Source: Candidatus Magasanikbacteria bacterium GW2011_GWA2_56_11
GTDB lineage: Bacteria; Patescibacteriota; Patescibacteriia; Magasanikbacterales; UBA922
Direction: 5' to 3'
DNA length: 64,000 bases
NCBI GenBank assembly: GCA_001004885.1
Contig: LCRX01000011.1
Coordinates: forward strand, 2,000-65,999
Shown here: positions 60,442 through 64,000 of the stretch, piece after piece
Layout of the letters: each line of letters starts with the position of its first letter
Position numbering within the stretch: position 1 is the first letter of the stretch
Notes under the pieces: model-generated
What the model was told of the DNA's origin: nothing
What the model saw: only the letters and a program-made list of their open reading frames with translations
Database searches by the model: none
Position numbers and translations under genes: made by a program

Positions 60442-62084
60442 GGCAGGTGATCCCTCCGAAACGTCCTGGCGGAGAGACTACCCGGCTCTCAACGGCAGTT
60501 CATGCAGGCCTGCCGAACGGACACCCCTGGCCGCGATCGCGGTCGCTGTTCGGGTGCACATGAAGGCGAAGCCGAGTCCAGACGCGGGCGGCCAGCCGAA
60601 GCCGCCCGGCGACCCGACCCCGGGCGACGAACGCCCACCCGAGCCGCCGAAGCCCTGGCAGCACCCGTACGCGTAATCCGAATGGGCGAAGGCTGGCGGG
60701 AGCCATGCGCTGGCTATCGCGCCGCCGAGTTCGCGCAGATGACCGCGACGCTGCTGGCACCGGCGGGACCCTCGACGCAACGAACCGAGGGCCCGGACGA
60801 TCCGTGACGGCGAGTCGGAGCGCGGGATTTCGCTTGCGGCTGGTGAGGCAGCGGCGGAAGATCGGTCCGTGGTCTCCGCCCGAGGAAAGGAGGTGGTGCA
60901 GTAACCCGAAGGTGCTGAATCGGGTGCATGCCAACGAGGGTGGATAGCTTGCACCGGCACGACCGCATGTCGTGCGGACTCGGTCGTGTGTCGCCCATCC
61001 GCGTCGGAGGGCGACGGCGGCTGTGCTTGTTCTGCGCCGCTTTCACGACGAGCCGGTGCTCCCTAAGACGTGCAACGCGTCCGAGGTCGCCCTATTGAGC
61101 TGCCGGGGGCGACGATCTCGCTCGTATCCCGTGACCGGACACACTCGGCACGGCCACGAGTTCGGCACTCCACCTTCCTGGCCGCTACACCAGCCCGAAA
61201 GCGCTACGGCGTCTCTATGCGCTGGCGGGTGTTGAGCCGCTGGGTTTGCCTCCAGGCAACTGCCGTGGGTGAGCCCGCGCGGGAGACGCTGCGCGCGCCG
61301 ACGATGGCGCGGACCGAGTGCGCTCGATCGGACGGGGAGCCGGCGGCCCCAGGAAGAGCGCCGGCAAGTTCTTGACCTGGCCCAGCCAGGGAATCGGTGC
61401 TCGCGATGGGCAGGCAGGAGGTGACTTCCACGCTGACCACGTGACACGAGCCAACACGGCGCCGCCGAGCGCTGATGCACTCCCGGCAGCGGGCTTCCTG
61501 CTTGCTCACGAGCACCGAGCACAAGATCTCGCGGCCTTCCTGCCGGAGGGCGTCACGGCCGACGCGCACGAAAACCAGCACCTGGGTAGGTGCTGGTGAG
61601 TAGTTTGGGGGCTGGTCCACGCGGTCGTCTGACCAGAATCAGAGGGATCTCGCCGCAGGCGGCGAACCCGTGCGCCCGGGCCTCCGGTACCGCCTGGCTT
61701 CGCTGGGTGGGACGGCGCGCCTGATGTGAGTAGAAGTCACACCAGGCGCGGCCGGCTGGACAAGCGTGTGCGCACGAGCGCCCTGGTAACCATCCCCGGG
61801 GGCATGCGGTTGAGCCTGAACGAACCAGGCCCGTCCTGGGTGTGCACGTGGAATCGCCTGGCGCAGCTTCGTAACGATAGCACATTGCGCCAAAAATGTC
61901 AATGATTCCATCAGTCTCGCTCGCGGCTGGCTGGAGGGACCGGAGTTGCGCGGCGTCGCGGGCAAGCCGGTTCAGTGCATCGTGTACGGCGAGAGGCCGG
62001 AGCAGCACCGATAGATGCCACGGTGACTGGAAGGGCGGGCAGCTCGTGGTAGGCCGCGATGAGGGTTCGAAGCCAGTCCCTGAG

Positions 62085-62123
62085 AGCCCGCACTGAATAC
62101 TTAGTATCGGAAGACCCGAGTGC
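62085..62123 (+). repeat. 38-bp direct repeat A flanking the Fic cassette
   Basis: cccgcactgaatacttagtatcggaagacccgagtgc; 37/38 identical to 63326-63363. Confidence 0.7.
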
Positions 62124-62131
62124 AGTCCGTT

Positions 62132-63184
62132 TTATATTTTTTTATATCTGGTCGTTCGTCCCTGTCCGATCCGTTCGATCCTTTTCAAGCGCAATAAAAC
62201 ATCGAGCGCCTGTGAAACCGTCGGTCTGGCAACCTTTGTTGCATGTACAATTTCAAGCGGCGTTGTCTCTACCACAGTTTCAAGATAGCGCCACACCAGA
62301 AGCTGCTTCGGAGACAATAATTTTTCGATATTCTCTCGGGAGAGCAAATCGATAGCTTGCTCTGCTTGGGCAAGTGAAATTTTTAGAAAAAAATCAAGCC
62401 ATGCGGTGACATTTTCCGCGTCAGTATTCAGCGTTTTTTGGCTTTTCCGTAAGGCGATGTAATACTCCGTTTTCGCTTCCTCAATCAATTTTTCGTGGGA
62501 GACATACGGCACGTATGCATACCCGACGCGGAGCATGAGCAGATTCGCGAGGATGCGCGACAGTCGGCCGTTGCCATCCTGGAATGGGTGGATTGCCAGA
62601 AATTCTACAAGAAAATTTCCGATAATAACGAGCGGGTGCACTTCTTTCATCGTGAGAGCTTTGATTGTCGAATCCACCAATTCCTGCATGCGCTTTGGCG
62701 TGAGATACGCCGGGGTTGTTTCAAAAATCACCGCAATCGGCTTGCCGTCCTCGTCATACATCTCCACGGTATTTTCTCCTTTTTTATACTCGCCACGATG
62801 TCTCTCGTCTTTGGACGAATACTTGAGCAGCTCCTTATGCAAATGTTTAATCGTGCTTTCGGTAAAGGGAATGTGCTTCCAAGAATTAAAGATATTTTCC
62901 AATAATTCATAGTATCCCTTCACCTCTTGCTGATCGCGGTCGGCAAATTTTTTTATCGAGAGACCCCGCATTAATTTTTCCACGTCCTCATCGGACATCC
63001 TTGCTCCTTCAATACGCGTTGATGCTCCGGTAGAGGTAATCAAAACCGAGCGCTTCAATCTGCCAAGGGCTTGCGGGTTTAATTTCGCGCCGCCGATCCA
63101 TTGACCTTTGAGATGGTCAATTTGACTGATGAGCGCCCATATGGACTCTGGTGTGTGAGAAATTCTTTTATTGAAGTTAAGCAT
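62132..63184 (-). CDS. fic: Fic/DOC-family protein, class II (N-terminal inhibitory SxxxEG motif) with C-terminal winged helix
   Basis: Fic motif HPFQDGNGRLSR; inhibitory motif STRIEG near the N-terminus; ~42% GC. Confidence 0.85.
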   Translation of the reverse strand: MLNFNKRISHTPESIWALISQIDHLKGQWIGGAKLNPQALGRLKRSVLITSTGASTRIEGARMSDEDVEKLMRGLSIKKFADRDQQEVKGYYELLENIFNSWKHIPFTESTIKHLHKELLKYSSKDERHRGEYKKGENTVEMYDEDGKPIAVIFETTPAYLTPKRMQELVDSTIKALTMKEVHPLVIIGNFLVEFLAIHPFQDGNGRLSRILANLLMLRVGYAYVPYVSHEKLIEEAKTEYYIALRKSQKTLNTDAENVTAWLDFFLKISLAQAEQAIDLLSRENIEKLLSPKQLLVWRYLETVVETTPLEIVHATKVARPTVSQALDVLLRLKRIERIGQGRTTRYKKI

Positions 63185-63325
63185 AGTTAATCTTATGTAT
63201 TAACTATATGAGATTATATATGATTGACAGACGCACGTCAAGGCGATTAAATTTGATTAATGATTTTCTCTCAAACATTAGCCAAAATGAGGGCGGGGCG
63301 ACCCGAGTAGTTCGAGCCCACTAGT

Positions 63326-63363
63326 CTCCGCACTGAATACTTAATATCGGAAGACCCGAGTGC
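63326..63363 (+). repeat. 38-bp direct repeat B flanking the Fic cassette
   Basis: ccgcactgaatacttaatatcggaagacccgagtgc. Confidence 0.7.
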
Positions 63364-63780
63364 CGCTCGGGTTTCCTCCCCTCGTCCGTCCACCCGTCGG
63401 TGGCGTACCAGTTTCGCGGTTGGTATTCCGTTGAGAAATAATTTATATCCACAGGGATATTAAGAGGCAAGGTCTTGATAGTCTTTGTGGCTCTCCCTTC
63501 TGTGGTTCTAATAATTTGCCTAGTTTTAGCCTTTACACTGGGTACTACTAACTAATATATTTTCTCCGATTATCCATTTCAGAAAAAATCAGCCACCCGT
63601 CTGTCTTGACAAAAGATGGTTTTTAGTGTAGAATATTTTATTCGGTATTATGCCGATGTTGTTCCTTCCAACCGCTTAGCCGCTCGGATTAGGCGTTCTC
63701 TGTATCAGATAATCTGGTGCCAAGAGCGCCTGACCCGCGCCCTAGGCAAGCGCGACCCAAACCGTAGAAGGACCAGAACC

Positions 63781-63980
63781 GTGAAGACCTCCATCGTGAT
63801 CGCCCTGGCCACCTCCCTGCTCGTCGCCGCTCCGGCCCTCGCCGGAGGGAACGGCACCGTCCACAAGCGGACCGTGCTCGAGGGCACGACGTGCACGGCG
63901 GACGCGGGCTGCAAGGAGCTCACGAAGCTCCCGCAAGTGACGAGCGCCAAGTGCATCAAGACGGGCAAGTACAAGGGCAA
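63781..63980 (+). CDS. 5' part of a secreted Cys-containing protein gene (GTG start, truncated by window end)
   Basis: AAGGA RBS-like; signal peptide VKTSIVIALATSLLVAAPALA; four Cys in the mature part. Confidence 0.35.
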
Positions 63981-64000
63981 GTGCTACATCCAGTGGGACG

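Larger units (their letters stand above)
57443..62080. mobile_element. ~4.6-kb composite integrative island (~68-72% GC) at the tRNA-Ser 3' end
   Basis: Abrupt GC jump after the tRNA. Contains a tyrosine integrase, IS66-family fragments and a DUF4338-like gene. A 14/15-nt tRNA-Ser T-arm-like sequence at 62063-62077 is a possible distal att remnant. Confidence 0.5.

Overview
The window is a 64-kb chromosomal segment of moderately high GC (about 60%), dominated by housekeeping genes. The gene set (SWIB-domain protein, archaeal-type UMP kinase, a membrane-anchored VirB4/TraC-like ATPase cluster, many small basic proteins) loosely suggests a Patescibacteria/CPR-like or other reduced-genome bacterium; this is a low-confidence inference. 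Housekeeping calls include dus, folD, greA, a MacB/FtsX-type ABC pair, ribB, dnaX, cysS, dnaG, rpoD, sodA, a P-type ATPase, Mur ligase, fmt/def/priA, a DD-carboxypeptidase, rsmI, metG, tatD, ligA, gatCA, lgt, a NUDIX hydrolase, and three tRNAs (Gln-CTG, Lys-TTT, Ser-GGA). On top of this backbone I see several non-housekeeping layers. (1) A ~157-bp MITE-like repeat with terminal inverted repeats and a ~30-bp internal hairpin, present in four full copies plus one truncated copy. (2) A second, two-copy giant-hairpin repeat whose loop is conserved and whose stems co-vary. (3) A ~2.5-kb AT-rich islet (about 33% GC) abutting the 3' end of tRNA-Gln, carrying orphan genes, one with an Rx4H (HEPN-like) motif; this is a candidate novel defence or abortive-infection module. 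(4) A gene-free, structured region of about 900 bp led by a consensus promoter downstream of ligA; this is a candidate ncRNA locus. (5) A ~70% GC composite island at tRNA-Ser holding a tyrosine integrase, IS66-family debris and a DUF4338-like gene that is ATGA-coupled to an IS66 TnpC N-terminal fragment. (6) A low-GC class-II Fic cassette bracketed by 38-bp direct repeats. High GC generates many long antisense shadow ORFs, which I rejected.
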